A stretch of DNA of 64,000 nucleotides from Escherichia coli (GCF_022846255.1 NZ_AP025682.1), one strand, 5' to 3'; shown: positions 21,237 to 33,627, numbered from the stretch's first letter. Numbers and translations are program-made. Notes: generated from the letters alone by a model not told the origin.

Positions 21237-21452
21237 AGATATTTTCTTACGGCGTTCACCTGATGTGATCTACAGCATGTTATGCCTTCGTCATGAAATC
21301 GTTATGTAACTAAGCAACTCATCACCTCTTAAAATTATTCTTTGGTGTTATGGCGAGAATCGCGAACCCGGATTATTGTCAAAATATCAGCCTGACTCCC
21401 TTCTGGCTGCCAGCCAAAAAACAACACTGATAAACGTGAATCCGAGGCAGAT

Positions 21453-21815
21453 ATGTTTCTAAACTATTTCGCGTTGGGAGTGCTGATCTTCGTCTTTCTG
21501 GTGATTTTTTATGGAATCATCGCGATACATGACATCCCTTATCTGATTGCCAAAAAGCGCAACCATCCCCATGCTGACGCTATTCATACGGCGGGCTGGG
21601 TGAGCCTGTTTACTCTGCATGTTATCTGGCCGTTCCTGTGGATCTGGGCGACGCTCTATCAACCGGAGCGCGGCTGGGGTATGCAGTCACATGTTGCGTC
21701 GCAGGAGAAAACGACTGACGCGGAAATCGCCGCACTTTCTGACCGGATTTCCCGGCTGGAGCACCAACTCGCCGCCGAGAAAAAGACTGACTATTCCACG
21801 TTCCCGGAGATCTAA
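21453..21815 (+). CDS. yibI: DUF3302 inner membrane protein YibI (120 aa)
   Basis: [53 protein letters not shown]... Confidence 0.9.
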   Translation: MFLNYFALGVLIFVFLVIFYGIIAIHDIPYLIAKKRNHPHADAIHTAGWVSLFTLHVIWPFLWIWATLYQPERGWGMQSHVASQEKTTDAEIAALSDRISRLEHQLAAEKKTDYSTFPEI

Positions 21816-21817
21816 TA

Positions 21818-22954
21818 ATGGATCTATTGATTGTTTTAACTTACGTGGCGCTGGCGTGGGCGGTCTTTAAAATCTTCCGCATTCCGGTGAATCAGTGGAC
21901 GCTGGCGACGGCGGCGCTGGGAGGCGTGTTTCTGGTGAGTGGTTTGATTTTGTTGATGAACTACAACCACCCTTACACTTTTACCGCGCAAAAGGCAGTG
22001 ATAGCGATCCCCATCACGCCACAGGTGACGGGAATTGTTACTGAAGTCACCGACAAAAATAATCAGCTTATTCAGAAGGGCGAGGTGCTTTTTAAGCTCG
22101 ACCCGGTTCGTTACCAGGCGCGAGTTGACAGGCTTCAGGCTGACCTGATGACGGCGACGCATAATATAAAGACGCTGCGCGCGCAGCTCACTGAAGCGCA
22201 GGCCAACACCACCCAGGTTTCAGCGGAGCGCGACCGTCTGTTTAAAAATTATCAACGTTATCTGAAAGGCAGCCAGGCGGCGGTGAATCCGTTCTCGGAA
22301 CGTGATATCGACGATGCGCGGCAAAATTTCCTCGCGCAGGATGCGCTGGTGAAAGGCTCGGTGGCGGAGCAGGCGCAGATCCAGAGCCAGCTCGACAGTA
22401 TGGTTAACGGCGAGCAATCGCAGATTGTGAGCTTAAGAGCGCAACTTACTGAAGCAAAATATAACCTTGAGCAGACCGTCATTCGCGCACCGAGCAATGG
22501 CTACGTCACTCAGGTACTGATCCGCCCAGGTACATACGCCGCTGCCTTGCCGCTGCGTCCGGTGATGGTCTTCATCCCCGAGCAAAAACGGCAAATTGTC
22601 GCCCAATTTCGGCAAAACTCGCTGTTACGTCTGAAACCCGGCGATGATGCGGAAGTGGTGTTTAACGCGCTACCTGGGCAGGTGTTTCACGGCAAACTGA
22701 CCAGTATTTTACCTGTCGTGCCAGGCGGTTCTTATCAGGCGCAGGGGGTATTGCAATCATTAACGGTCGTGCCCGGCACGGACGGTGTGCTGGGAACCAT
22801 TGAACTGGACCCTAACGATGATATCGATGCCTTACCCGACGGCATTTACGCCCAGGTAGCAGTTTACTCCGACCATTTCAGCCATGTTTCGGTGATGCGG
22901 AAGGTGCTGCTGAGAATGACCAGTTGGATGCATTATCTTTATTTGGATCATTGA
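21818..22954 (+). CDS. yibH: HlyD-family membrane fusion protein YibH (378 aa)
   Basis: [42 protein letters not shown]... with a long coiled-coil periplasmic region; 3 bp downstream of yibI. Confidence 0.9.
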   Translation: MDLLIVLTYVALAWAVFKIFRIPVNQWTLATAALGGVFLVSGLILLMNYNHPYTFTAQKAVIAIPITPQVTGIVTEVTDKNNQLIQKGEVLFKLDPVRYQARVDRLQADLMTATHNIKTLRAQLTEAQANTTQVSAERDRLFKNYQRYLKGSQAAVNPFSERDIDDARQNFLAQDALVKGSVAEQAQIQSQLDSMVNGEQSQIVSLRAQLTEAKYNLEQTVIRAPSNGYVTQVLIRPGTYAAALPLRPVMVFIPEQKRQIVAQFRQNSLLRLKPGDDAEVVFNALPGQVFHGKLTSILPVVPGGSYQAQGVLQSLTVVPGTDGVLGTIELDPNDDIDALPDGIYAQVAVYSDHFSHVSVMRKVLLRMTSWMHYLYLDH

Positions 22955-23024
22955 GACTTGTATCACCTGTGTTTTGCGCGAGCCTGAGCCATACTGATAT
23001 TTTTCCTCGCACAAAGGACTCGGC

Positions 23025-23633
23025 ATGAAACTCGTCGGTAGCTACACCAGCCCGTTTGTACGCAAACTTTCTATTCTGTTGTTAGAAAAGGGCATAACGT
23101 TCGAATTTATTAATGAACTGCCCTATAACGCGGATAACGGCGTGGCGCAATTTAACCCGTTAGGAAAAGTACCGGTACTGGTGACCGAAGAGGGCGAATG
23201 CTGGTTTGATTCACCGATCATCGCTGAATATATTGAATTAATGAATGTTGCTCCGGCGATGTTGCCGCGCGATCCGCTGGAGTCGTTGCGGGTGCGCAAA
23301 ATTGAGGCACTGGCGGATGGCATTATGGATGCCGGGCTGGTATCGGTGCGTGAACAGGCGCGTCCGGCGGCGCAGCAGTCTGAAGATGAATTGTTACGTC
23401 AGCGTGAGAAAATCAACCGCAGTCTGGATGTGCTGGAAGGATATCTGGTCGATGGCACACTCAAAACCGATACGGTCAATCTGGCGACTATCGCCATTGC
23501 CTGTGCCGTCGGATATCTCAATTTCCGCCGCGTTGCGCCAGGCTGGTGTGTCGACCGCCCACACTTAGTCAAACTGGTCGAAAACCTGTTTAGCCGCGAA
23601 AGTTTTGCTCGCACCGAACCGCCAAAGGCTTGA
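23025..23633 (+). CDS. yibF: Glutathione S-transferase-like protein YibF (202 aa)
   Basis: [74 protein letters not shown]... Confidence 0.93.
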
Positions 23634-23730
23634 TGCGCGATATGTCCTCCTGACCCATCTCACGTTACAATCCGTGGTTATGTTAAACGCCCTTCTCCGT
23701 GTGAGAGGGCCTTGATCAGCCAGGTTTCCT

Positions 23731-25122
23731 ATGACAACCGAAACGCGTTCCCTCTATAGTCAACTTCCGGCTATTGATCGCTTATTGCGCGATAGCTCCT
23801 TCCTTTCTTTGCGTGATACTTATGGTCACACCCGCGTGGTGGAATTGCTGCGTCAGATGCTTGACGAAGCGCGAGAAGTGATTCGTGACAGCCAGACGCT
23901 GCCCGCGTGGTGTGAAAACTGGGCGCAAGAAGTCGATGCCCGGTTGACGAAAGAGGCGCAAAGCGCGCTGCGTCCGGTAATCAACCTGACAGGAACCGTG
24001 CTGCATACCAACCTTGGGCGAGCTTTACAGGCGGAAGCCGCGGTGGAAGCCGTTACGAAGGCTATGCGTTCGCCAGTGACCCTCGAGTACGATCTGGACG
24101 ACGCCGGACGCGGACATCGCGATCGGGCGCTGGCGCAGCTGCTGTGCCGTATTACGGGGGCGGAAGATGCCTGTATCGTTAATAACAATGCGGCGGCGGT
24201 GTTATTGATGTTGGCGGCCACTGCCAGCGGGAAAGAGGTGGTGGTTTCTCGCGGCGAACTGGTGGAGATTGGCGGCGCGTTTCGTATTCCCGATGTTATG
24301 CGTCAGGCAGGATGCACCCTACACGAAGTAGGGACCACCAACCGCACGCACGCGAATGATTATCGTCAGGCGGTGAATGAAAATACCGCACTGTTGATGA
24401 AAGTACATACCAGTAACTACAGCATTCAGGGGTTCACCAAAGCGATAGATGAAGCGGAACTGGTGGCGCTCGGCAAAGAACTGGATGTTCCAGTGGTGAC
24501 TGATTTAGGCAGTGGCTCGCTGGTCGATCTTAGCCAGTACGGTTTGCCGAAAGAGCCAATGCCGCAGGAGTTGATTGCGGCGGGCGTCAGTCTGGTGAGC
24601 TTCTCCGGCGACAAGCTGTTAGGCGGGCCGCAGGCAGGAATTATTGTTGGTAAAAAAGAAATGATCGCCCGCCTGCAAAGCCACCCGCTGAAGCGTGCAT
24701 TACGCGCGGATAAAATGACCCTCGCGGCGCTGGAAGCCACGTTGCGTCTTTATTTACACCCTGAAGCTCTGAGTGAAAAATTACCGACCCTGCGCCTGCT
24801 TACCCGCAGCGCAGAGGTCATTCAAATCCAGGCACAACGTTTACAGGCTCCCCTTGCCGCACATTACGGCGCGGAGTTTGCGGTACAGGTTATGCCATGT
24901 CTTTCGCAGATCGGCAGTGGTTCGCTGCCGGTTGATCGCCTGCCGAGCGCGGCATTAACGTTTACCCCCCATGATGGACGCGGTAGCCACCTTGAGTCAT
25001 TAGCCGCCCGCTGGCGTGAATTGCCAGTGCCGGTGATTGGTCGTATTTATGACGGACGATTGTGGCTGGATTTACGCTGCCTTGAAGATGAGCAACGTTT
25101 TTTGGAGATGTTGTTGAAATGA
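23731..25122 (+). CDS. selA: L-seryl-tRNA(Sec) selenium transferase (463 aa)
   Basis: [48 protein letters not shown]... Confidence 0.96.
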
Positions 25123-26963
25123 TTATTGCGACTGCCGGACACGTTGACCACGGCAAAACAACCTTGTTGCAGGCGATTACGGGCGTAAATGCCGACCGTC
25201 TGCCGGAAGAAAAAAAGCGCGGCATGACCATCGATCTCGGCTATGCCTACTGGCCGCAGCCGGATGGTCGCGTGCCTGGTTTTATCGACGTACCCGGTCA
25301 TGAAAAGTTTCTTTCCAACATGCTGGCGGGCGTTGGTGGTATCGATCACGCGCTGTTGGTGGTGGCGTGCGATGACGGTGTGATGGCACAGACCCGTGAG
25401 CATCTGGCGATTTTGCAGCTGACCGGTAACCCGATGCTGACAGTGGCGCTGACCAAAGCCGATCGCGTGGACGAAGCGCGTGTTGATGAGGTTGAACGCC
25501 AGGTAAAGGAGGTGCTGCGGGAATACGGTTTTGCTGAGGCAAAACTGTTTATCACCGCAGCAACCGAAGGTCGGGGAATTGATGCCCTGCGCGAGCATCT
25601 GCTTCAGTTACCAGAACGTGAACACGCCAGCCAACATAGTTTCCGCCTCGCGATCGACCGCGCATTTACCGTAAAAGGTGCCGGGCTGGTCGTCACCGGT
25701 ACGGCGTTAAGCGGGGAAGTGAAAGTAGGCGATTCACTCTGGCTGACTGGTGTGAATAAACCGATGCGCGTGCGTGCGCTGCATGCGCAAAATCAGCCAA
25801 CAGAAACTGCCCATGCCGGGCAGCGTATCGCGCTTAACATCGCGGGTGATGCGGAAAAAGAGCAGATTAACCGTGGCGACTGGCTGCTTGCCGATGTGCC
25901 GCCGGAGCCGTTCACACGGGTGATTGTCGAGCTTCAAACCCATACACCGCTGACCCAGTGGCAGCCGCTGCATATTCACCACGCCGCCAGCCACGTTACG
26001 GGACGCGTTTCGCTGCTGGAAGATAACCTTGCCGAGCTGGTGTTCGACACGCCGCTGTGGCTGGCGGATAACGATCGCATAGTGCTGCGCGATATCTCGG
26101 CCCGCAACACGCTGGCGGGGGCGCGTGTGGTGATGCTTAACCCGCCGCGTCGCGGTAAGCGTAAGCCGGAATATCTGCAATGGCTGGCGTCTCTTGCACG
26201 GGCGCAGAGCGATGCCGATGCGTTATCTGTTCATCTGGAACGCGGCGCGGTTAACCTTGCGGATTTCGCCTGGGCACGGCAGCTCAACGGCGAAGGGATG
26301 CGCGAACTGCTGCAACAGCCTGGCTATATTCAGGCTGGTTACAGCTTGTTGAATGCGCCAGTTGCCGCCCGCTGGCAGCGGAAAATTCTCGACACATTAG
26401 CGACTTATCATGAGCAACATCGCGATGAACCTGGTCCTGGGCGCGAACGTCTGCGACGTATGGCGTTGCCAATGGAAGATGAAGCGCTGGTACTGTTGCT
26501 GATTGAAAAGATGCGCGAAAGCGGCGACATCCACAGTCATCACGGCTGGCTGCATCTGCCGGATCATAAAGCGGGCTTCAGTGCAGAGCAGCAGGCCATC
26601 TGGCAAAAAGCAGAGCCGCTGTTTGGTGACGAGCCATGGTGGGTGCGTGACCTGGCAAAAGAGACGGGAACCGACGAGCAGGCAATGCGCCTGACGCTAC
26701 GCCAGGCGGCGCAACAGGGGATAATTACTGCGATCGTCAAAGATCGTTATTACCGTAACGATCGGATTGTCGAATTTGCCAATATGATCCGAGATCTCGA
26801 TCAGGAATGCGGTTCAACCTGCGCGGCGGATTTCCGCGATCGCTTAGGCGTAGGCCGCAAGCTGGCAATTCAGATTCTGGAATATTTTGACCGTATTGGC
26901 TTTACGCGTCGTCGTGGAAATGATCATTTATTGCGCGACGCATTATTATTTCCGGAAAAATAA
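25119..26963 (+). CDS. selB: Selenocysteine-specific translation elongation factor SelB (614 aa)
   Basis: [47 protein letters not shown]... (GTPase G1 motif GHVDHGKT); start overlaps the selA stop by 4 nt. Confidence 0.96.
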
Positions 26964-27024
26964 GGAAATGATTAATTCATAATAAATATGAATTAATACA
27001 AAATTTCTTATTAATGTTAAGAAG

Positions 27025-27058
27025 GCACGTTATTTGATGAATGTAACGTGCTTTTTAT
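27025..27058 (+). terminator. Rho-independent terminator downstream of selAB
   Basis: Stem gcacgtta / taacgtgc around an 11-nt loop, followed by ctttttatt, in an AT-rich spacer. Confidence 0.6.
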
Positions 27059-27153
27059 TAAAAATATTTTAATAAACGGTAATGTTGATCATATTTTCAA
27101 ATGAAAATCCTCAGTAAGCTGCCCGCCCTTTTTTACACTTTCAGGAGTGTGTT

Positions 27154-28305
27154 ATGGCAGCTTCAACCTTTTTTATTCCTTCCGTGAATGTTATTGGTGC
27201 TGATTCATTGAATGATGCAATGAATATGATGGCAGATTATGGATTTACCCGTACCTTAATTGTCACCGACAACATGTTAACGAAATTGGGTATGGCGGGT
27301 GATGTGCAAAAAGCACTGGAAGAACGCAATATTTTTAGCGTTATTTATGATGGCACCCAACCTAACCCCACCACGGAAAACGTCGCTGCAGGTTTGAAAT
27401 TACTTAAAGAAAATAATTGCGATAGCGTGATTTCCTTAGGCGGTGGTTCTCCACACGACTGCGCAAAAGGTATTGCGCTGGTTGCAGCCAACGGCGGTGA
27501 CATCCGCGATTATGAAGGCGTTGACCGCTCTGCAAAACCGCAGCTGCCGATGATCGCCATCAACACCACGGCGGGTACGGCCTCTGAAATGACTCGTTTC
27601 TGCATCATCACTGACGAAGCGCGTCACATCAAAATGGCGATTGTGGATAAACATGTAACTCCGCTGCTTTCTGTCAATGACTCCTCTCTGATGATCGGTA
27701 TGCCGAAGTCACTGACCGCCGCAACGGGTATGGATGCCTTAACGTACGCTATCGAAGCGTATGTTTCTATTGCCGCCACGCCGATCACTGACGCTTGTGC
27801 ACTGAAAGCCGTGACCATGATTGCCGAAAACCTGCCGTTAGCCGTTGAAGATGGCAGCAATGCTAAAGCGCGTGAAGCAATGGCTTATGCCCAGTTCCTC
27901 GCCGGTATGGCGTTCAATAATGCTTCTCTGGGTTATGTTCATGCGATGGCGCACCAGCTGGGCGGTTTCTACAACCTGCCACACGGTGTATGTAACGCCG
28001 TTTTGCTGCCGCATGTTCAGGTATTCAACAGCAAAGTCGCCGCTGCACGTCTGCGTGATTGTGCCGCTGCAATGGGCGTGAACGTGACAGGTAAAAACGA
28101 CGCGGAAGGTGCTGAAGCCTGCATTAACGCCATCCGTGAACTGGCGAAGAAAGTGGATATCCCGGCAGGCCTACGCGACCTGAACGTGAAAGAAGAAGAT
28201 TTCGCGGTTCTGGCGACTAATGCCCTGAAAGATGCCTGCGGCTTTACTAACCCGATCCAGGCAACTCACGAAGAAATTGTGGCGATTTATCGCGCAGCGA
28301 TGTAA
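27154..28305 (+). CDS. yiaY: Iron-containing (group III) alcohol dehydrogenase YiaY (383 aa)
   Basis: [58 protein letters not shown]... Confidence 0.95.
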   Translation: MAASTFFIPSVNVIGADSLNDAMNMMADYGFTRTLIVTDNMLTKLGMAGDVQKALEERNIFSVIYDGTQPNPTTENVAAGLKLLKENNCDSVISLGGGSPHDCAKGIALVAANGGDIRDYEGVDRSAKPQLPMIAINTTAGTASEMTRFCIITDEARHIKMAIVDKHVTPLLSVNDSSLMIGMPKSLTAATGMDALTYAIEAYVSIAATPITDACALKAVTMIAENLPLAVEDGSNAKAREAMAYAQFLAGMAFNNASLGYVHAMAHQLGGFYNLPHGVCNAVLLPHVQVFNSKVAAARLRDCAAAMGVNVTGKNDAEGAEACINAIRELAKKVDIPAGLRDLNVKEEDFAVLATNALKDACGFTNPIQATHEEIVAIYRAAM

Positions 28306-28320
28306 TCATCATTTCCACAA

Positions 28321-28348
28321 CGGCTGGCGAGTTGTCAGCCGCTTTTTC
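28321..28348 (+). terminator. Probable intrinsic terminator of yiaY
   Basis: cggctggcgagttgtcagccg hairpin followed by ctttttc. Confidence 0.55.
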
Positions 28349-28350
28349 AA

Positions 28351-28428
28351 CTATCTCAAAACTTGCTTTTTTTGAGATAGTTTCTCTTTCCTGCTATACA
28401 CTATCTCAATATTGCGCTTTTTTGAGAT
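28351..28428. promoter_or_regulatory. Two copies of a ~30-bp palindrome immediately upstream of the fic gene (candidate operators)
   Basis: ctatctcaaaacttgctttttttgagatag (28351-28380) and ctatctcaatattgcgcttttttgagata (28401-28428); each is the inverted repeat ctatctcaa-N11/12-ttgagata(g); the second ends 7 bp before the fic ATG. Confidence 0.5.
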
Positions 28429-28434
28429 AAGCAC

Positions 28435-29730
28435 ATGGCTATCAAATCACCTCCCGGACTTATTCCTTTATCACACTTATCGGGTGAGGAACTCCTGGCC
28501 CACCTGCGCTTTAACCGGGTTACCGATGAAAAAGGACGTTATCTGCCTTTTGATGAGTTGCAGTACCGCATCAAAAAAGGAGAAAACGTCGATGTGGCGT
28601 GGACGCTTACCCGTCTGGCGCGCAACGCGGCGATCCAACGAATTAATTATTGCAATGAAGCGGGTGAACAGGCCGGATTCAACATTACCCCGGTGATTGC
28701 AGAAGCGTGCGAGCTTGTCGACAAACGTGCTACCGCGCTGGCGCTGAAAGATCAGACTGAACGGTTACGCGGGGCCGGAGCCGAGTTAAGCCAGTTACGC
28801 CTGGAAGAGCCGATCACCAGCTCCCAGCTGGAAGGTGCGAATACTACAACGCTGGTGGCGAGAAAAATGCTGGAAACAGGGCGGTCGCCACGCACTGAAG
28901 ACGAGCATATGATTGCGGGAAATGCCCGGCTGATGGCGGAAATTCCGCACTTACTCGCAGAACCGCTGACACCTGCGCTTATTCGCCAGTTACATGCCAT
29001 TGGTATGGGTGGAATCAATGACGCGAAATATCGTCCGGGAGAATTTCGTGAAACAGATGATGTTGTGATCGCCGACTATGATGGCAATATAGTGCATCAA
29101 CCGCCCGCTGCGGCATTGTTACCGGAACGGCTGGAAAAAGTTTGCCAGTGGTTAAACAGCCATGAAGGGTATATTCATCCGTTGGTCCGTGCCTGCATTC
29201 TGCATTTTATGCTGGCCCATGAACATCCGTTTCGGGATGGCAACGGGCGCACCAGTCGGGCGCTGTTTTACTGGTATATGCTGAAATCGGGCTACGATGT
29301 CTTTAAATATATTTCCATCAGCCGTTTGCTTCATGCTGCACCGGTCAAATATGCCGCCAGCTACCAGTACACTGAATCAGATGGTATGGATCTGACTTAT
29401 TTCCTTGAATATCAGGCGGGTGTCATTAAACGTGCTCTGCAAAACTGGCAGCAGCATATCGATGAAATTACACAACGAAGCGCAAAACTCGATAGTGTGC
29501 TGTTTAGCTCTGGTGTGCTTAAACGCCTGAATCCGCGCCAGGTAACGCTCCTGAATGTGATGCTCGCCAATCCGGGGAAAGAGTACACAGTTGCTGAAAT
29601 TAGCGCGAGCCTGGGCGTCTCTGATAATACGGCTCGAGCTGATTTACGGACAATTGTTAAAGAAGGATTCGCGCAAGAGAAAAGAATTAATAACCAGCAA
29701 GCAGTGTACGTCGCACACTACCCGCTGTAG
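28435..29730 (+). CDS. Fic-domain protein (431 aa), class II (internal inhibitory motif), with C-terminal winged-helix-like domain
   Basis: Canonical Fic active-site motif [14 protein letters not shown] (HPFx[D/E]GNGRxxR); upstream SSQLEG matches the inhibitory-helix motif [S/T]xxxE[G/N]; C-terminal segment ...[29 protein letters not shown]... looks like a helix-turn-helix. Confidence 0.85.
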   Translation: MAIKSPPGLIPLSHLSGEELLAHLRFNRVTDEKGRYLPFDELQYRIKKGENVDVAWTLTRLARNAAIQRINYCNEAGEQAGFNITPVIAEACELVDKRATALALKDQTERLRGAGAELSQLRLEEPITSSQLEGANTTTLVARKMLETGRSPRTEDEHMIAGNARLMAEIPHLLAEPLTPALIRQLHAIGMGGINDAKYRPGEFRETDDVVIADYDGNIVHQPPAAALLPERLEKVCQWLNSHEGYIHPLVRACILHFMLAHEHPFRDGNGRTSRALFYWYMLKSGYDVFKYISISRLLHAAPVKYAASYQYTESDGMDLTYFLEYQAGVIKRALQNWQQHIDEITQRSAKLDSVLFSSGVLKRLNPRQVTLLNVMLANPGKEYTVAEISASLGVSDNTARADLRTIVKEGFAQEKRINNQQAVYVAHYPL

Positions 29731-29837
29731 CTTTTGCCCGTAAATTCGTGATAGCCGTCGTAAAGCTGTTACCGGCTGGCGAAGATTTCGCCAGTCACGT
29801 CTACCCTTGTTATACCTCACACCGCAAGGAGACGATC

Positions 29838-31376
29838 ATGACCAATAATCCCCCTTCAGCACAGATTAAGCCCGGCGAGTATGGTTTCCCCCTCAAATTA
29901 AAAGCCCGCTACGACAACTTTATCGGTGGCGAATGGGTAGCGCCTGCCGATGGCGAGTATTACCAGAACCTGACGCCGGTGACCGGGCAGCTACTGTGCG
30001 AAGTGGCGTCTTCGGGCAAACGAGACATCGATCTGGCGCTGGATGCTGCGCATAAAGTGAAAGATAAATGGGCGCACACCTCGGTGCAGGATCGCGCGGC
30101 GATTCTGTTTAAGATTGCCGATCGAATGGAACAAAACCTTGAACTTTTAGCGACGGCAGAAACCTGGGATAACGGCAAACCCATTCGCGAAACCAGTGCT
30201 GCCGACGTGCCGCTGGCGATTGATCATTTTCGCTATTTCGCCTCGTGTATTCGGGCGCAGGAAGGTGGGATCAGTGAAGTGGATAGCGAAACCGTGGCCT
30301 ATCATTTCCATGAACCGTTAGGCGTGGTGGGGCAGATTATCCCGTGGAACTTCCCGCTGCTGATGGCGAGCTGGAAAATGGCCCCCGCGCTGGCGGCGGG
30401 CAACTGTGTGGTGCTGAAACCCGCACGTCTTACTCCGCTTTCTGTACTGCTGCTAATGGAAATCGTCGGTGATTTACTGCCGCCAGGGGTGGTGAACGTG
30501 GTCAATGGCGCAGGTGGGGAAATTGGCGAATATCTGGCGACCTCGAAACGCATCTCCAAAGTGGCGTTTACTGGCTCAACGGAAGTGGGCCAACAAATTA
30601 TGCAATACGCCACGCAAAACATTATTCCGGTGACGCTGGAGCTGGGCGGCAAATCGCCAAATATCTTCTTTGCTGATGTGATGGATGAAGAAGATGCCTT
30701 TTTCGATAAAGCGCTGGAAGGCTTTGCACTGTTTGCCTTTAACCAGGGCGAAGTTTGCACCTGTCCAAGCCGTGCTTTAGTGCAGGAGTCTATCTACGAA
30801 CGCTTTATGGAACGCGCTATCCGCCGTGTCGAAAGCATTCGCAGCGGTAACCCGCTCGACAGCGTGACGCAAATGGGCGCGCAGGTTTCTCACGGGCAAC
30901 TGGAAACCATCCTCAACTACATTGATATCGGTAAAAAAGAGGGCGCTGATGTGCTCACCGGCGGGCGACGCAAGCTGCTGGAAGGCGAACTGAAAGACGG
31001 CTACTACCTCGAACCGACGATTCTGTTTGGTCAGAACAATATGCGCGTGTTCCAGGAGGAGATTTTTGGCCCGGTGCTGGCGGTAACCACCTTCAAAACG
31101 ATAGAAGAAGCGCTGGAGCTGGCGAACGATACGCAATATGGCCTGGGCGCGGGCGTCTGGAGCCGCAACGGTAATCTGGCCTATAAGATGGGGCGCGGCA
31201 TTCAGGCTGGGCGCGTGTGGACCAACTGTTATCACGCTTACCCGGCACATGCGGCGTTTGGCGGCTACAAACAATCAGGCATTGGCCGCGAAACCCACAA
31301 AATGATGCTTGAGCATTACCAGCAAACCAAGTGCCTGCTGGTGAGCTACTCGGATAAACCGTTGGGGCTGTTCTGA
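29838..31376 (+). CDS. aldB: Aldehyde dehydrogenase B (512 aa)
   Basis: [51 protein letters not shown]...; the track ORF is extended upstream, start set at the ATG at 29838. Confidence 0.95.
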   Translation: MTNNPPSAQIKPGEYGFPLKLKARYDNFIGGEWVAPADGEYYQNLTPVTGQLLCEVASSGKRDIDLALDAAHKVKDKWAHTSVQDRAAILFKIADRMEQNLELLATAETWDNGKPIRETSAADVPLAIDHFRYFASCIRAQEGGISEVDSETVAYHFHEPLGVVGQIIPWNFPLLMASWKMAPALAAGNCVVLKPARLTPLSVLLLMEIVGDLLPPGVVNVVNGAGGEIGEYLATSKRISKVAFTGSTEVGQQIMQYATQNIIPVTLELGGKSPNIFFADVMDEEDAFFDKALEGFALFAFNQGEVCTCPSRALVQESIYERFMERAIRRVESIRSGNPLDSVTQMGAQVSHGQLETILNYIDIGKKEGADVLTGGRRKLLEGELKDGYYLEPTILFGQNNMRVFQEEIFGPVLAVTTFKTIEEALELANDTQYGLGAGVWSRNGNLAYKMGRGIQAGRVWTNCYHAYPAHAAFGGYKQSGIGRETHKMMLEHYQQTKCLLVSYSDKPLGLF

Positions 31377-31387
31377 TGTGAAAGGCT

Positions 31388-31408
31388 GCCCGGCGTGTAT
31401 TGCCGGGC
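31388..31408. terminator. Hairpin between convergent aldB and sgbE (likely bidirectional terminator)
   Basis: gcccggc gtgtatt gccgggc, a perfect 7-bp stem, in the 46-bp spacer. Confidence 0.55.
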
Positions 31409-31422
31409 ACTATCAGGTATGG

Positions 31423-32118
31423 CTACTGCCCGTAATAGGCATTGGCCCCATGCTTACGCAGGTAGTGCTTATCCAGCAGTTCGTTTTGCATCGCAGGGAG
31501 CTGTGGCGCAAGCTGGCGCGAGAACAGACCCATATAGGCGCACTCTTCCAGTACCACGGCGTTATGCACCGCATCGGCGGCATTTTTTCCCCAGGCGAAC
31601 GGGCCGTGAGAATGCACCAGTACCGCCGGGATTTGTGCCGGGTTCAACCCACGCTCTTCGAAGGTTTTAATGATCACTTTGCCGGTCTGGTATTCATACT
31701 CGCCGTTGATCTCTTCTGCGGTCATCAGGCGCGTGCAGGGGATGGCTCCGTAAAAATAATCGGCGTGAGTAGTGCCCCAGGCGGGGAGATCAAGTCCGGC
31801 CTGCGACCAGATGGTGGCGTGGCGCGAGTGGGTATGCACTATGCCGCCAATCTCCGCAAAGCGACGGTAAAGCGCCAGATGCGTTGGCGTGTCGGAAGAG
31901 GGCTTTTTGCTGCCTTCCACCACCTTGCCGCTGGCTATCTCAACCACCACCATATCGTCGGCGGTCATTACCTCATACTCAACGCCGGAAGGCTTAATCA
32001 CCATCCATTGCCGCGTTTCGTCTATCGCGCTGACATTGCCCCAGGTGAACGTCACCAGATGATGAACGGGAAGCGCCAGGTTTGCCGCCAGCACGTCGGC
32101 TTTCAGTTGCTCTAACAT
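31423..32118 (-). CDS. sgbE: L-ribulose-5-phosphate 4-epimerase SgbE (231 aa)
   Basis: [80 protein letters not shown]... Confidence 0.95.
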   Translation of the reverse strand: MLEQLKADVLAANLALPVHHLVTFTWGNVSAIDETRQWMVIKPSGVEYEVMTADDMVVVEIASGKVVEGSKKPSSDTPTHLALYRRFAEIGGIVHTHSRHATIWSQAGLDLPAWGTTHADYFYGAIPCTRLMTAEEINGEYEYQTGKVIIKTFEERGLNPAQIPAVLVHSHGPFAWGKNAADAVHNAVVLEECAYMGLFSRQLAPQLPAMQNELLDKHYLRKHGANAYYGQ

Positions 32119-32972
32119 ATAAATCCGGCCTCCTGCATACGCGCTTCAATCCAGCGCCGCGCCTGAATAATCTCCAGCACCGGCTCTTTGGCTTTTTCGG
32201 TCCACATCTCAATCAGGAAAGAACCGCGATAGTTCAGCTCATGCAGCGTTTTGAAGATGCCAACAAAATCGACACAGCCTTCGCCAAACGGCACATCGCG
32301 GAACTGTCCGGGGCTATGTTTGGTAACGGGTTGAGTGTCTTTCAGGTGGATGGCGGCGATACGGTCGATGCCCAGTTTCAGTTCGGCGGGAACATCATTG
32401 CCCCAGGCGCTGAGATTGCCTACGTCCGGGTAAACGGTGAACCACGGTGACGCAAGCATTTCGTCCCACTTTTTCCATTTGCTGATAGAGTTCATAAACG
32501 CGGTGTCCATAATCTCCACCGCCAGCATGACTTGTGATGCCGCTGCCTGTTCAACCGCCCACGCCAGCCCTTCAGCAAACCGTTGCTGGGTGCCTTCGTC
32601 ATGATCCTCGTAATAGACGTCGTAACCTGCCAGTTGAATAGTACGAATGCCGAGATCGCGCGCCAGGCGAATCGCTTTACTCATAATCTCCCGCGCCCGC
32701 TGGCGCACGGCGTCGTCCCGGCTACCAAAAGGAAAACGACGATGTGCGGACAGGCACATTGACGGAATAGCAACACCCGTTTCGATCATCGCAGTGACCA
32801 GCGAAGCACGTTGTGCGGCGCTCCAGTCAAGACGTGACAACCGTTCGTCGGTTTCATCCACCGACATTTCGACAAAATCAAAACCACAGCTTTTTGCCAG
32901 CACCAGCCGCTCCGGCCAGGAGAGATCTTTCGCCAGCGCTTTTTCATAAATGCCTAACGGATGATTACGCAC
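32112..32972 (-). CDS. sgbU: L-xylulose-5-phosphate 3-epimerase SgbU (286 aa; start inferred as GTG)
   Basis: ...[49 protein letters not shown]...; the track ORF runs 30 codons further upstream and the start choice is uncertain. Confidence 0.85.
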   Translation of the reverse strand: MRNHPLGIYEKALAKDLSWPERLVLAKSCGFDFVEMSVDETDERLSRLDWSAAQRASLVTAMIETGVAIPSMCLSAHRRFPFGSRDDAVRQRAREIMSKAIRLARDLGIRTIQLAGYDVYYEDHDEGTQQRFAEGLAWAVEQAAASQVMLAVEIMDTAFMNSISKWKKWDEMLASPWFTVYPDVGNLSAWGNDVPAELKLGIDRIAAIHLKDTQPVTKHSPGQFRDVPFGEGCVDFVGIFKTLHELNYRGSFLIEMWTEKAKEPVLEIIQARRWIEARMQEAGFIC

Positions 32973-33627
32973 GCTTGCCTCCCCAGATGGAGTCGATTTG
33001 CGCATGGAAATCGCCAGCCACTTGCGCCGGATTTGCTGCGCCTGCCAGCGCCCGTCCGGCAATAAACGCTTTCACGCGGATCTCTTTAAACAGCGGCAGG
33101 TCAGCAGGGGTAATCCCGCCGGTAATGGAAAGCTCAAGGCCGATATCGGAAAGCGCTTTCATGCGTGCCAGATCGGCCTCGCCCCACTGTTGCCCGCTGG
33201 CCTGCGCGTCACGACCACGATGATAAATCGCCTGTCGTACACCAATACGATGCCAGTCACGGGCGTCGTCCAGCGTCCAGTTGCCGAATAGCTCGATCTG
33301 AATTTCACCGCCGCAGTTCTGTGCCATCGCGTGGCCTTTTTCCACCGTGGCGAGCGGCGCGGCGCAGATGATGGTCATCCAGTTAGCGCCTGCGCCAAAT
33401 GCCTGTTGCGCGAGCGTTTCACCCGCGTCGGCGACCTTCCAGTCGGCAACGATGATTTTGTCAGGGCACTGTTCGCGCAAGGCTTTCACGGCGCCAAGCC
33501 CTTCGTTTAAACAGAGAATGGTGCCTGCTTCGACAATATCGACGCTGTCTTTTAACCGCGTCACGTCGCGCTGCGCGGCTTCAAGTGATGAGTGGTCGAG
33601 GGCCAGTTGCAGAAGTGGTCGACTCAT
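32965..33627 (-). CDS. sgbH: 3-keto-L-gulonate-6-phosphate decarboxylase SgbH (220 aa)
   Basis: [95 protein letters not shown]... Confidence 0.95.
   Translation of the reverse strand: MSRPLLQLALDHSSLEAAQRDVTRLKDSVDIVEAGTILCLNEGLGAVKALREQCPDKIIVADWKVADAGETLAQQAFGAGANWMTIICAAPLATVEKGHAMAQNCGGEIQIELFGNWTLDDARDWHRIGVRQAIYHRGRDAQASGQQWGEADLARMKALSDIGLELSITGGITPADLPLFKEIRVKAFIAGRALAGAANPAQVAGDFHAQIDSIWGGKRA

Noticed and set aside
25047-25598. 183-aa minus-strand ORF
   Set aside because: Antisense to selB and the selA 3' end, both confidently assigned.
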